The notes under the pieces are model-generated. The model saw nothing but the letters and a program-made list of their open reading frames with translations. It was not told where the DNA came from and did not search any database. Of a stretch of DNA of 64,000 bases, positions 13,919 through 27,098 are shown one piece after another. The position numbers and the translations under genes are program-made. How positions within the stretch are numbered: the first letter of the stretch is position 1; each line of letters begins with the position of its first letter. Source of the stretch: Mytilus californianus (Eukaryota); assembly GCF_021869535.1 (NCBI RefSeq), contig NW_026262593.1:28148001-28212000 (forward strand), given 5' to 3'.

Positions 13919-14232
13919 TTTCGTGTCCACATTAAATATCATTTTTATTTTCTGTTAATTTATTGTTAATCAAACGTGATAATATTCAAAACACTAAGGT
14001 TTTTATTCCCCGTCTTAGATTGCCTTATCCATATTCGACACAATTTGTCGGATTTTTTTTTTTTATGTTCTCTTTAACTTCATATTTGATTTAGCCTCCC
14101 ATATGTTTTTATTCCAAATGCAAGGTCTGGCTACCAAATTATACGCCTCGTATCTCTGATGGGTTTTCCACACTTTAATCTGTTATTTGTTTGAAGCAAC
14201 AACAAAAACATCATTAACGATACAAATTTTAA

Positions 14233-14278
14233 TGCACCAGATGCGCATTTCGACAATAAATGTCTCTTCAGCAATGCT
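14233..14278 (-). ncRNA. Minimal type I hammerhead ribozyme, intact core (family B)
   Basis: Minus strand reads GCATTG CTGAAGA GAC-ATTTATT-GTC GAAA T-GCGC-ATC/TGGTGC. Stem III plus its loop (ATGCGCAT) is a perfect palindrome; stem I pairs with G-U wobbles. Confidence 0.78.
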
Positions 14279-17200
14279 TGAGGCCAAAATATTTAAAAAT
14301 CAAATACTAATTTTAATTGTTTTTAAATAATTTAATTATGTTCCTGTACACATAGTGTTCTTATTCACTTTTGAAACCATCAAAATAAAACATTTGCAAA
14401 ATATTTGAAAATCCAAAACTTATTCAAACAATGAAGAACTTGTTATCCAAAAAGAACAAAAAGTCTAACTAAAGCTAGGCAAGAAATTCGAGCTTTACGT
14501 GAGAAAGATATTTTCATTAATTTCAAAAATTTTGTAACAGCAAATTTTGAAACAATTTCTGTATTTGCATGCCAGTACCGACGTACTGGCTACTGGGCTT
14601 GTAATAACATCGGTGACTAATACCACCAGCAGGGCTATCGACCCAATGAATGAAAAACATCAACGGTACCAATTTTCTGCACGAGATGCGCATTTCGACA
14701 ATAAATGTCTTTTCAGTAATTCACCAGGCTAAAATATTTGAAAAAACAAATATTATTTTTGTACTTGTTCTTAAATAAAGACATTATTTTCAAGCACATG
14801 CACATATGGTTCTTATTTAGTTTTGAAATCATAAAAATAAAATATTTACAAAAGATGTACGGTCGATGCCGAATTGATCTTAACCAATGTTGTCTAAAAC
14901 TATTTACATTTTATTCTAAATTTTGACTCAAATATCAACTTAGATACTGGGGGAACCATGCTTTTACTTGTTTTTTTTTCAATTTTTATAGGTCTGTCTA
15001 TCTGAACATTTTCCATGTGAATTTCCGGTTCACAAAATAATGTAATTGTGCTTAAATAAAGGCTTGAACGCAAATCATGGAAAGTTTATCACAGAAAGTT
15101 TTCAAACGGTTCTCTTCCTGCTTATTTGGTATTGTGTATGCTCTCAAACGTGTAATAGTTTTGGCTGTTAAAAGTATTACGACTTATCAGAAAGCAAATC
15201 ATATCGTTTTTATGTTCATTTTATGTATGTCTGTTTACTATGTTTGTTGAATAATAATAGAATTCACTTTCAAATTTGATAATTGTCTTAACACAATCTG
15301 CAACAGGAAACTGTACCAGGAAAATGCATTTTAGCTTTATTTAATAGAATTGTAATTTTTCAATAATACCTCAATTGCCATATAATGAACTGTGTATCTA
15401 TGTCTTTTAATCTATAGAAAATATGTTCTCAAGCCTAGCAAAATACATATACGTTCTCTATGAAGCCAACGCAAAGCCGTTCCAATAACCCCCAAAAAAA
15501 ATTAATAATATCATACATGTTTACATTGTTCTTGCAAATACTGCTTCAAGAGTTTTGTGTCTAGAAATTCAAAGACAAAAAAATCAGATTATTAAACGCT
15601 GTCTATAATATTAACGATACCAATTTCACTGCACCAGATGCGCATTTCGACTGGAAAATTATTTTACCTCGCATTTTTACAAATAATTTTACAATAATGA
15701 AATATACTTAACTACCCCTTAAATAAACAGTTTTTCATAGTCTTTAAATGTATTAAAAAGTATGAAATTGTTTCAAAATATATATTCGTCACATTTCAAA
15801 CAAACACAAAGTCTCTACAGCACAAGAAAAATGATTTTATTAAAATCATTCATGTAAACTTTGGGTTGTGCACAAAAAAGGTTAAATTGTATAATTATCC
15901 TTTTCATGATAAACACATCGTGGATATGTATAGCTCTCAATATCAAACATTCAGAAACCAAGCTGCTAGAATACATTTTTCATATATAAAAAAATTAAAA
16001 GAATTACCAGTATCGCAGTACTACACTCTATAGTTATAATTGACTTTTAATTGTACTTTACAAAAACTTACAGTTTTACATCTTTATTCTTATATCTTAG
16101 ACCCAATCTTTTTCTGGGACAAAGGGACTGACCAGTGACGACTATGTTTAAAAAAAACTCCGAAGGGTCAAAATTTTGCGTTGACATGAAATATAATTGA
16201 TATATTGATTTTCTGTAAATTTCTGTTGATGAAATGTTGAATTATTCGAAACAATAAGGTTTTTGTTTTTGCTAGGCTTACATTGCATTACTCGCATTCG
16301 GAACAACTTTCTGATGTTTTCTGTTGTTTTTTTTTTTTTTATTATTCTTTTCAACTTCGTTCTTACTTTTGTCTTCTAAATGTTGATTTGAGTGCCACTG
16401 GTGAGGCTTATTTAGACCAAGTTATATGTCTGGTATTTTTTATGAGTTTTTACCACGACTGAGTCGATGCAACTGTTGGTGGACATTCGTTCTCGAGGGT
16501 AACATCAGCCCTAATAGTCAGAACGTTCGTCCCCGAGGGTAACATCTGCCAAATAGCCAGAACGTTCGTCCCCGAGGATAACATCAGCCCAATAGTCAGA
16601 ACTTTCGTATCCACATTAAGTATCAGGTTTATTTTCTGTAAATTTATTGTTAATCAAATGTGGAAGTATTCGAAACACTAAGGTTTTTATTCCCCGGCTT
16701 GGATTGCCTTATCCATATTGGACACAATTTGTCGGATTTTCTGGGTTATTTTTGTTCTCTTCAACTTCATATTTGATTTAGCTTTCCATATGTTTTTATT
16801 CCAAATGCAAGGTCTGGCTACCAAATTATAAGCCTCGTATCTCTGATGGGTTTTCCACACTTTAATCTGTTATTTGTTTGAAGCAACAACAAAAACATCA
16901 TTAACGATACAAATTTTAATGCACCAGATGCGCATTTCGACAATAAATGTCTCTTAGCAACGCTTGTGGCCAAAATATTTAAAAATCAAATACTTATTTT
17001 AATTGTTTTTAAATAATTTAATTATGTTCCTGTACACATAGTGTTCTTAATCACTTTTGAAACCATAAAAATAAAACATTTGCAAAATATTTGAAAATCC
17101 AAAACTTATTCAAACAATGAAGAGCTTATAATCCAAAAAGAACAAAAAGTCTAACTAAAGCTAGGAAAGAAATTCGAGCTTTACGTGAGGGAGATATTTT

Positions 17201-18115
17201 CGTTAATTTCAAACATTTTGTAACAGCAAATTTTGAAACAATTTCTGTATTTGCATCCAGTACCGACGTACTTGCTACTGGGCTGGTAATTACTTCGGTG
17301 ACTAATACCACCAGCAGGGCTATCGACCCAATGAATGAAAAACATTAACGTTACCAATTTTCTGCACGAGATGCGCATTTCGACAATAAATGTCTTTTCA
17401 CTACAATAAATGTCTTTTCACTAATGCACCAGGCCAAAATATTTGAAAAAAACAAATATTAATTTTGTACTTGTTCTTAAATAAAGACATTATTTTCAAG
17501 CACATGCACATATGGTTCTTATTTAGTTTTGAAATCATAAAAATAAAATATTTACAAAAGATGTACGGTCGATGCCGAATTGATCTTAACCAATGTTGCT
17601 CTCAAACGTGTAATAGTTTTGGCTGTTAAAAGTATTGCGACTTATCAGAAAACAAATTATATCGTTTTTTTTTTTCATTTTATGTATGTCTGTTTACTAT
17701 GTTTGTTGAATAATAATAGAATTCACTTTCAAATTTGATAATTGTCTTAACACAATCTGCAACAGGAAACTGTACCAGGAAAATGCATTTTAGCTTTATT
17801 TAATAAAATTGTAATTTTTCAATAATACCTCAATTGCCATATAATGAACTGTGTATCAATGTCTTTTAATCTATAAAAAATATGTTCTCAAGCCTAGCAA
17901 TATACATATACGTTCTCTATGAAGAAAACACAAAGCCGTTCCAATAACCCCCAAAAAAATTTTGATAATATCATACATGTTTACATTGTTCTTGCAAATA
18001 CTGCTTCAAGAGTTTTGCGTCAAAAAGAAATAAAATATGCAAATTGAATTTAAGATAAAACGTATGAACTTATTTCCAAGTACTAAAAGCGTGCTTTTAG
18101 TTTATTTAACATCAT

Positions 18116-19748
18116 CAGGGGCCGTGTCAACGAAGCTGTCCTAGGCCTAGGACACGTCTTAGTCCTAAATCAGGTTAATGAAAGTCTCCTAAGATAAGAT
18201 ATGTCCTAAATTTTGTTCGTAAGTTAGGATATACACATAGGTGTCTTAGGACGGTCTTAGGATAGTCCTAAAACGTACGATGTCCTAAGTCGAAATAAAA
18301 AAAAAATAGGAAATATGGCGGTCAGTCAGTATTTTCAGAATTTATCTCTGTGTAGACACCATACCATGTCTTCTCCTTAAAATTATTCGTCGCCACATTT
18401 GATAGCTCGCCAGAGATAGCTTGCTGAATAATATTCCCCTTTGCTTATTTACTTCGGCAAGCAGAATTTAATAATGATAATTTTTTTTTTATTTTAACGG
18501 GATAAAGTATTTTACAACATAAAGTATAAAATTCAATAATAAAAATACTAATACAAATATCAAATTATTCTACTGTTATTAAAATTAAATATAAATATAC
18601 GTTTCTTTTAAAGATTTAGTTGTGTTACATTTGTTAAAATTTGTATACAAATTGTTCCATAAATAAATTCAAAAATATCAACAAGGAGCGTTTATAGTAT
18701 TCAGTTTTTGATTTTGGAACAAAAAGCATTTTACAAATAGTTTGTCTGGTTGTTCTAGAACAACAAACCTGATGCCCATATCTGAATACACTGAGATATT
18801 CCGAAGCCATTTGGTGAAGTTCTTTAAGAACTGAAATTACTATTTTGTATAAAAGATATTTTAAAATGGGCATCCCCGCTGCATGTTTGCGCCTGTCCCA
18901 AGTCAGGAGCCTCTGGCCTTTGTTAGTCTTGTATGTTTTTTTTAATTTTAGTTCATTTATATGTTTCGGAGTTTAGTGTGACGTCCATTTTCACTGAATT
19001 AGTACACATTTTTGTATAGGAGCCAGCAGAAGCCCGCCTCCGGGTTCGGGATTTTCTCGCTGTGTTGATGACCCATCGTGGCCTTGGCCTGTTTTCTGCT
19101 CTTTGGTCGGGTTGTTGTCTCTTTGAAACATTCCCCATTTCCATTCTCAATTTTATCCATCACAGCTCTCCAAAAAGTATGTTTGACGATGTCATATTAT
19201 TACGCTCATTTAAAATAATTCCCGCTGCCCCTTTTTGAAGCTTAAACATTCTAGCAATATTTTTTTTTCCACCTGACCAAATTGTTCAATGATTGAAACA
19301 AGGAAAACATTTGAATTTCGGTTTTAGAAAAATTTGGACTTCTTTTCTCACTAAGGCTGATTCAAAACATGTAATGAAATCGAATGGACCAAATGACAAA
19401 ACTAGTTTATATAGCTTAAATTGAAACACGATAAGTATCTCTAACAAAGTTTTGTGACAATTTAGTATTACTTTAAAATTTTATTTAGGGTAAAAAAAAT
19501 CATAAAAGATTCAACCTCCTGTCTTTCACATATATACTGAAATACATTAAAATATACTTGATTTAATTCTCTACTTACTTTCATTAATTCAAAAAATGTG
19601 TTAGGATGGTTTTTGGACAATCGTAGTTAGAACCGTCATAAGATAGCTCTGTTTAACATTCTGAGACATGTCTCAGACACGTTATAAAATCATCCTAAAT
19701 AATGTCCTAAGGACATATCCTAGGATACTTTCATTGACCTGGCCCCAG
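18116..19748. mobile_element. PIF/Harbinger-like non-autonomous element (CAG TSD)
   Basis: Left end CAG-GGGCCGTGTCAACGAAGCTGTCCTAGG; right end (reverse complement) CTG-GGGCCAGGTCAATGAAAGTATCCTAGG. A 3-nt CAG duplication lies on both sides, both subterminal regions are rich in CCTAG/CCTAA, and another repeat is nested at 18875-19156. Confidence 0.65.
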
Positions 19749-20428
19749 GCTCGCTTCATTACAAGACTTTGGCAAGCATAAATACAAACCTTTTTTGCAG
19801 AGCATTAAAACAAGAGAGCATTACAAAATAGAGAACGTAGAGTCTAAACCTCATAAAGTCAACTGTGCCTTGGTAGTAGCAACCTTTTTTTCTGTAAAAA
19901 TGGAATTGCAATATGCTAAGTTAAACGCCATGTTGTAGAAAAAACTATGTTAAATATGATTTTTCATTTTAAGAAACCATTTTTTCATAGGAAGTTAAAA
20001 TATTGATGGTAATATGCTTGAAAATATCCCACAAATGTAAATGTCCGTGTCCACAACAAATATCAACAAATATTCTAAAAAAAACCTTTATCAGGTATTT
20101 GGTGCTGAAGTATTTGGCAAAGTGAACCAAACACATCGATACGATGTTTTAAAGAAAACATGAAAAGGAGCCAATGAACCATCAAGGAAAGGAACATTTG
20201 CAATTTGGAAAAAAATATCGTCCTATTTATTATTAATTTGTATGTATATGAGGCTTTTTTCGGACGAAGTTGTCTAAAATATTACCAGTGATAAACAATC
20301 GTCTATAAAAAAAAACATTGTATTAAGCTTTGTATATCGACTCAGAATAAAAAAAGCACATACTTTCATTTTTCCCATTCGAATTCTTAATATGAGTAAT
20401 GAATATATTAGAACTCTCGTCAGCCGAA

Positions 20429-21856
20429 TTAAGGTAGATAGGGGGGCTTAATTTAACTCCATAGAATTTTTTAATAATTTGTCAAAATGTAGTTTATATC
20501 ATGTTTTTTTCAAAAATATATTAAAAAGTATGGGTCACCGACCTTTTTTTCACGCTACAGGTTGTGTTGTGAAAATTTGTCAGATTTTGTATAGATTATG
20601 CATGGAAAACCCTATTTTGTGTGAGAAAAAAAACTACACCATAGAATTTTAAGATAAAATATGAGAAGATAGCTCTAATAATATGCTTTCAGATAAGATA
20701 AAGAAAAAATGGGGTCACCGGACTCGTTTTCTTGCTACATAATAAAATAGGTAAATTCACAACACATTATATTATAAAAATTACTTTATCTGAGTTATCT
20801 CCCCTTATGTTGCAAATTTGAAAAAAATGAAACAAACAAAAATAATCTGGGTTTTTTTGTAAAATACAGCCGTGAATATGATACAACACATAATTTTCCA
20901 TATTAACATGAAAAGTCTTACAAAGTCTTATAAACCAAATCTTGAATTATATTCTAATTCTATCCTATTTTGGGGAAATTTCAGAAATTCAAATGTGACG
21001 TCACCTTTTGTTTGCGTTGATCTCTTCGGTTAACTCGGCTGTGAATTTTTATGTGCTGGTTTATGTTGTTTTATGTATCCGTTTTTATTCTGTAGTTAGT
21101 CACCACCTCGGTGTTATCATTTTTATAAATTTACTGTTTGCAAAAGTATGAATTATTCTAAATACTAAGGATTTTCTTATCCCAGACATATAACCTTAGC
21201 CGTATTTGGCACAACTTTTTGGAACTTTCGGTCCTCAATGCTCTTCAACTTTGTACTTGTTTTGGCTTTCGTACTTTATTTATCTGAGCGTCACTTGTTA
21301 GTCTTGTGTGGACGAAACGCGTGTCTTGCGTATTAAATTTTAAACCTGGTACCTTTTGTTAGCTATTATCCGTATGTTTCTCTGTCCTATATGTTCTCCC
21401 ATTTATTTGGATTGTAGTCCTGTCATGTAATGTTGTCATTTTTATGTTATATCTAACATTGCCATAAAAGCGGGAGGTTTGGCTAGCCACAAAACCAGGT
21501 TCAACCCACCATTTTTTTTTCTTTAAATGTCCTGTACCAAGTCAGGAAAATGGCCATTGTTATATTATAGTTCGTTTCTGTGTGTGTTACATTTTAATGT
21601 TGTGTTTCTGTTGTGTCGAAGTTCTCCTCTTATATTTGATGTGTTTCCCTCAGTTTTAGTTTGCAACCCAGATTTGTTTTTTTCTCAATCGATTTATGAA
21701 TTTCGAACAGCGGTATACTACTGTTGCCTTTATTTACACATTAATAACATACTACTCCCGAAATTTGCACATTTGCACATTTCATTAAAGATCTAGACCG
21801 ATTTTTATCTGCTATTTCAAAATCCAAGATGGAATAAGACACCCAAGCTACCTTAA
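20429..21856. mobile_element. Kolobok-like element with TTAA TSD and a nested retrozyme/PLE-derived insert
   Basis: TTAA-GGTAGATAGGG at 20429; right end (reverse complement) TTAA-GGTAGCTTGGG. The paralogous empty site at about 10345-10370 (GCCGAATAAATCGCGTCTTGATT) joins the two flanks. About 20995-21735 is a family A monomer with a mutated hammerhead (21285-21332) plus a common terminal repeat. Confidence 0.8.
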
Positions 21857-23457
21857 TCGCATCTTGATTAAAATGATTGTATTGTCAATTTATGTTATTT
21901 TGGGTTTTTTTATATATTTTTTTGTTGTTACTTTATTCATTAGTAAATTTTGCCTCTCACAGTTTATGATAATTTTTATATTTCCTTTTATTGTTATTAT
22001 CAATAGTTATTATTTTTTACACGGTTTTGATATCAATAATGTAGGTTTTTCTTTTTTTTCTTTTTCTATTGAAACTACATATACCAACAACCTGGAACTA
22101 GCTATCTATTGGTCACAGCCAAGAAAAATATAACTTTTTGCTAAATTTGTGCACGGTTCCTTATTTATGCCATTCTAAATACTGCTTATACAAATATTTG
22201 TTAATGATTTTCTTAATTTCCTTAGGTAATTTTTCAACATGCAAAGCCTATTCATTTGTTTATTTATAATACATAATGAAATAAGTATAATAACTAACTT
22301 TACAAAACTGAGCACAGTTTGATTGTCTGTATTGAATTAATAGTCATCATTTATGTTAATATTGGAATTGGATGCATAATTAATATCTTCTGCTACTGAA
22401 TTAATTGTTGATTGGTATGTCTTAAGAAACGATCATCTCCTCTTTTTTCAAAAGTATATATGTAGCGGTATAAACTTTTGAAACAAAAGTATGGCTACAA
22501 AACGGACTTACACTATCGGAAATAAAATAAATAATGCTTTACGCATATAAAAAGTATTTAAGTGTCGGAATGAAACCATAATCGAATTCTATTTGATTTA
22601 TTAATTGTTAATCAAAATTGATGGAAATGAGAATATTCCTTGCATCATTAACTTTTTTTATCTCATAATGCACACTACAAGAGCTTGATTTTCATTTATG
22701 TACTAATAGTTCTATCGATTTTTTTAAAACTTTATATTTGAAACAACTTTCAGTAATGTACCTTTATCTTTCAAGATTTTTTTTTTTTTTTTACTTCTAT
22801 GAAAATGTTTGAAAACAGGGTACCTGAAAGAGAATTTCAAGGATTCGCTTAAAAAGGTGTCCAAAACTTGGAATTTCAAAATATTTAATAAGCGGTTTCT
22901 GTATGCTGTTTCAAAACCTTCGAAGTTCGGAAAATAAGGCGCTTACCATTCATTTTTTTTTGGAGCATCGGTGTTATTTTTTCGGGACAAACAATTTTGA
23001 GCTTGAACTAAAAACAAGTCATTTTTTCAATAACATACAGGAACAAGATAAGTTTCAATCAATGTTTTTTTCCAAAAATTTATAATCTAGAAGCAAACAA
23101 TTTACTAAGAAATATACTTTTACAAATGTGAATGATGATGATGTGTTCGTTTTCTGTAAATTTATTGATAATGAAATGTGACGATTTCGACACACTAAGG
23201 TGTTAACTTCTACCCCAGCTTAGATTGCCTTAGTTATATATATTTGGCGCAACTTTTTGGAATTTTTGATTTTTTATACACTTCATCTTTGTATTTGATT
23301 TGGCCTTCCATATATTTTATGTCGAGATCTTATGTAAATGAAACGTCTGGCTCACCAAATTATAAGCCTCGTATCTTTGATGAGTTTTTCAACATTTTAA
23401 TCTGTAATTTGTTTAAAGCTACAACAAAAAAAAAACATTTATGATACAAATTTTACT

Positions 23458-23502
23458 GCATCATATGTGCATTTCGACAATAAATGTCTCTTCAGTGATG
23501 CT
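23458..23502 (-). ncRNA. Minimal type I hammerhead ribozyme, intact core (family B)
   Basis: Minus strand reads GCATCA CTGAAGA GAC-ATTTATT-GTC GAAA T-GCAC-ATA/TGATGC. Perfect 6-bp stem I and an AUA (NUH) cleavage triplet. Confidence 0.8.
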
Positions 23503-25707
23503 CGAGGCCAAAATATCTGAAAATCTAATAAATATTCAAAAATAGGGCGCCTACCATTCATATTTTTTTGGAGCATCGGTGTTATTTTTTCGGGACAAAC
23601 AATTTTGAGCTTGAATAAAAAACAAGCTTTTATTTTAATAGCATACAAGAACGAAATTATTTTCAATCAACGTTTTTTTTTTCTCAAAAATTTGAAATCA
23701 AACAATTTACTACAAAACTATACTTTCTACAAAAGATTAATGTTTGGTGCCTTAGTGAACTAAATTAATGTTATGTTAACAATATTAAAATTTAGTACTA
23801 AACTGTAACTCAAGTTTCAACTTTGAATACTATAGTTTTACAAATTTTCTTTTTACTTTTGTTTAAATTATTTATATGTCCGTCTTTGAAAAACATTCCC
23901 AGTTTCAGGCTAAAAGTCGACCCGGAAAAGTTGACTTTATACATGTTTTGCTGTTCTGTATGGGTCGTTTTGGTGTTTTTGCTATCAAACGTTGTCACGA
24001 TCGAGCATACTCTTTGAAGGTTTATCCAGAAACACACATTGTGCGCGCGGAAATCATATCATATCTATTTATTCTTATTTATGTTTGTTCAATATGTGTT
24101 GTTCATCTAGAATTTAAAGACAAAAAAAATTGGAATATTGAACATTGTCAATAGAATTAACGGTACCAATTTGACTGCACCAGACGCGCATTTCGACAAT
24201 TAATGTCGCTTCAGTGGTGCTCAATAAAATAATTCAATAAAACAAAATTTAGAATGTGCTAACAAAAAAGCAAAGAAACTAAGCATATAATATAATTCAA
24301 GAAGAAGTCGTATGATTGACAATGAGACCAACTAACGTAGATGTAGATGTACTATGACAGTTTTGTGTAAGACAATTTTACACAACCTCTGATCTTACGT
24401 TTATTTAACTTGCGATCATGAGTTTTAAATTTTTTGAAATACATTTGGAGGGCAGGATTTAGCAATACGATAAATGTTTTTTCCCGAACAAAATACTTCA
24501 ATTTCTAAAAAATATCTTAATTAATCATTTTATAAGTAATAGAATCTGCACAATTTGTTGTATAAAATTTTACCAGGTAATTCCTTACAACCGTTTTTAA
24601 TATGATTTTACAGTAATGAGATAAGTTAAGAGGCTTATACAAGACTATCCCCCTAGATATAAACAGTGTTTCGATATTGTTTGATTTATTAAAAGGTGTA
24701 GAACTGTTTAGAAATATATATACGTCTTCTTTACAGTCGGGATTTTTTTGTTTGATGATATCATTCATGTAAACTTTTTGTCGTGCACAACAATTGTTCA
24801 AATGCACAATTATACTTTTCATGGTAAACACATAGCGAGAACTTCTCTATGTTCATTACTGTAGGAATATTTATCTAAAACTCATATTTCACTATTCAGC
24901 CCCATTCTAGCTCTTTGGTCGGGTTGTTGTCTCTTTGACACATTCCCCATTTCCATTCTCAATTTTACATTGTGGATAACTGCAGTTCTCAATAGACAAG
25001 ATTCATCTAAGCTACTAGACAAGTATTTGTATGAAAAGTAACAAAATATATAACATAATTACACCCTATAGTAATATTAGAATTTTATAAATGATTCACA
25101 AAAAACTAATAGGTTTACATCTTTATTCATATTGCTTACACCATATTGTTTGCTTGGGCATATGAACCCGTTAGGTTTTACTATGTATCTTACAGTTGCA
25201 ATCTCACTAGTATTACATGAATGACCATGAATGGAAGAGATTGTAATCTAAATTTACATCTGCAATGAAGCAAATTTTCATATTTATTTTTTTTTTATAA
25301 AATTTATGAATATATTTTTCCACACAAAAAAAAATATTTTATTCAACTTCATCAAAATGAATTAAAGGAGATGTGGCGTCTATGAGACAGCAATGAGAAA
25401 GGCACGCTTTAGACCAAAAATTTGGAAAGCAAAACTACGAAACTTCTGTGGTCTTAAAATCCAATACAGAATCATTCGTAAAAACCTACTTTTCACAAAA
25501 GATAAGTGATAGATTCCTTCTTAAAGTCAATCAATGTCTATAGAAATGTTTTAAAACTTTGTTGTAAAAAGAAATCATTGAAATTATTTAGAATTAACAA
25601 ATATATCTCGTCTCTCATGAAAAGCTCTAATTCCTTGTCCTGTTTTGGCAATACTTTTGTCTTTTTTGTAAATAATAAGTTTTTAATTTTCAAGTAGTTT
25701 GGCCTCG

Positions 25708-25752
25708 AGCTTCACTGAGGAGACATTAACTGTCGAAATGCGTATCTGGTGT
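25708..25752 (+). ncRNA. Minimal type I hammerhead ribozyme, intact core (family B, inverted copy)
   Basis: GCTTCA CTGAGGA GAC-ATTAACT-GTC GAAA T-GCGT-ATC/TGGTGT. The core is intact; stem I has one mismatch. Confidence 0.7.
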
Positions 25753-26592
25753 AGTAAAATTGGTGCAATCAATTTAGTACTTTTTTTTTACTCGAATTGT
25801 CATTTTCAAATTACATAAAGGGTTTGGCTGTTCTGTTTAGACCCTTTTGATAGATATTTGATCGCATGTTTTACATGTTGTGTATTGTGTATTGTTGTTT
25901 GTTTTTTTTGTCTTTTTCAATTTTTTTTTCCATGGGTTTGTCAGTTTATTTTCGACTATGGGGTTCAATGTTCCTCTTTGCCTCTCTTTGGCCGTTCCAA
26001 TGTTTTGTCATGAGCGTACCTTATGAAGATCATTCCAGAAACAAATGTTTTGCGAACGGAAATCAAATCATTTTTGTATGTACATTTGTATGTTTGTTTA
26101 ATATGCTTTGTCATATAGAAATTCAAAGACAAACAAATTACGAATATTGACTGTTCTCATATAAAGAATTATTAATATTGTTGTTTTCTTTTATTAGTTT
26201 CCTTTCTTTCATTTCAAATATGAATCGATGACATCAAAATACCCATAAAATTCTACATCAATTTTTTATGTCCATGTTCTTGTATTTACCTAACGAGTCA
26301 AAGTATCTACCACGTCCATTCTAATAACAAAAGAGTTTCTGAACCTGCTTCTATACGAAAGCTTGGTGTTTTTATTTATTTGCTCATCCACAAACAATCT
26401 AACTGACATTGTCGATACTGTGGACCAATATCGCTGTTGTTTCTACTTAAGACGTCTATATCTGTCATGATAAAAAAAAATATTAAACAAATATGTACCA
26501 TCAAATTTACATGCTAAAAAGAGAATAAAATACAAAATTTCGAGTATGACAAAAAAACAACAGAGAAACTAAACGTATGCCAGGTTTTTGGA

Positions 26593-27098
26593 AAATTTCA
26601 CATAATTGTATATAACTTGAGATCATGAATATTAATATTCTATTAATACAATGGGAAATCATATTTTATCAATACAAAAGATATTTATCCCCCATAGAAC
26701 TCCAAATTTAATAGATATAATTATTTTTAATTAATCTTTTTTATGAATACTCGCACAATCTACAATATAAATTCTAAGGAAAATGCCTTTTTCAAAATCG
26801 TATATTGGGACACATACCTTACTCCCCATAATATGAATATTGTTAAATTTCACATAATTGTAGATAACTTGAGATCATGAATATTAATATTCTTTTAATA
26901 CAATGGGAAATCAGATTTTATCAATACGAAAGATATTTATCCCCCACAGAACTCCAAATTTAATAGATATAATTATTATTAATCAATCTTTTTTTAAGAC
27001 TACTCGCACAATCTACAATATACATTATAAGGAGAATGCCTTTTTTCAAAATCGTATATTGGGACACATACCTTACTCCCCATAACATGAATATTGTT
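26593..27098. repeat. 252-bp tandem duplication
   Basis: AAATTTCACATAATTGTA.ATAACTTGAGATCATGAATATT starts at 26593 and 26845. Both units end in TACTCCCCATAA.ATGAATATTGTT. Confidence 0.9.

Larger units (their letters stand above)
10270..14900. repeat. Older segmental duplication, copy 1 (paralogous to about 20345-28540)
   Basis: Colinear diverged blocks: 10321-11340 matches 20398-20430 plus 21857-23110; 12325-12990 matches 23546-24220; 13170-14870 matches 27220-28490. Confidence 0.8.
12890..18020. repeat. Recent tandem duplication (unit 12890-15559, second copy 15560-about 18020)
   Basis: TCTAGAAATTCAAAGACAAAAA starts both copies (offset 2670). The copies are near-identical; copy 2 lacks about 250 bp corresponding to 14890-15140. 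Confidence 0.92.

Noticed and set aside
13757-13942. ORFs with repeated TNVLTIGLMLP / GNISPIVRTFV motifs; also considered as a CRISPR-like or guide array
   Set aside because: The 39-nt units are contiguous with no unique spacers and lie inside a retrozyme body. The ORFs are a by-product of a unit length divisible by 3.
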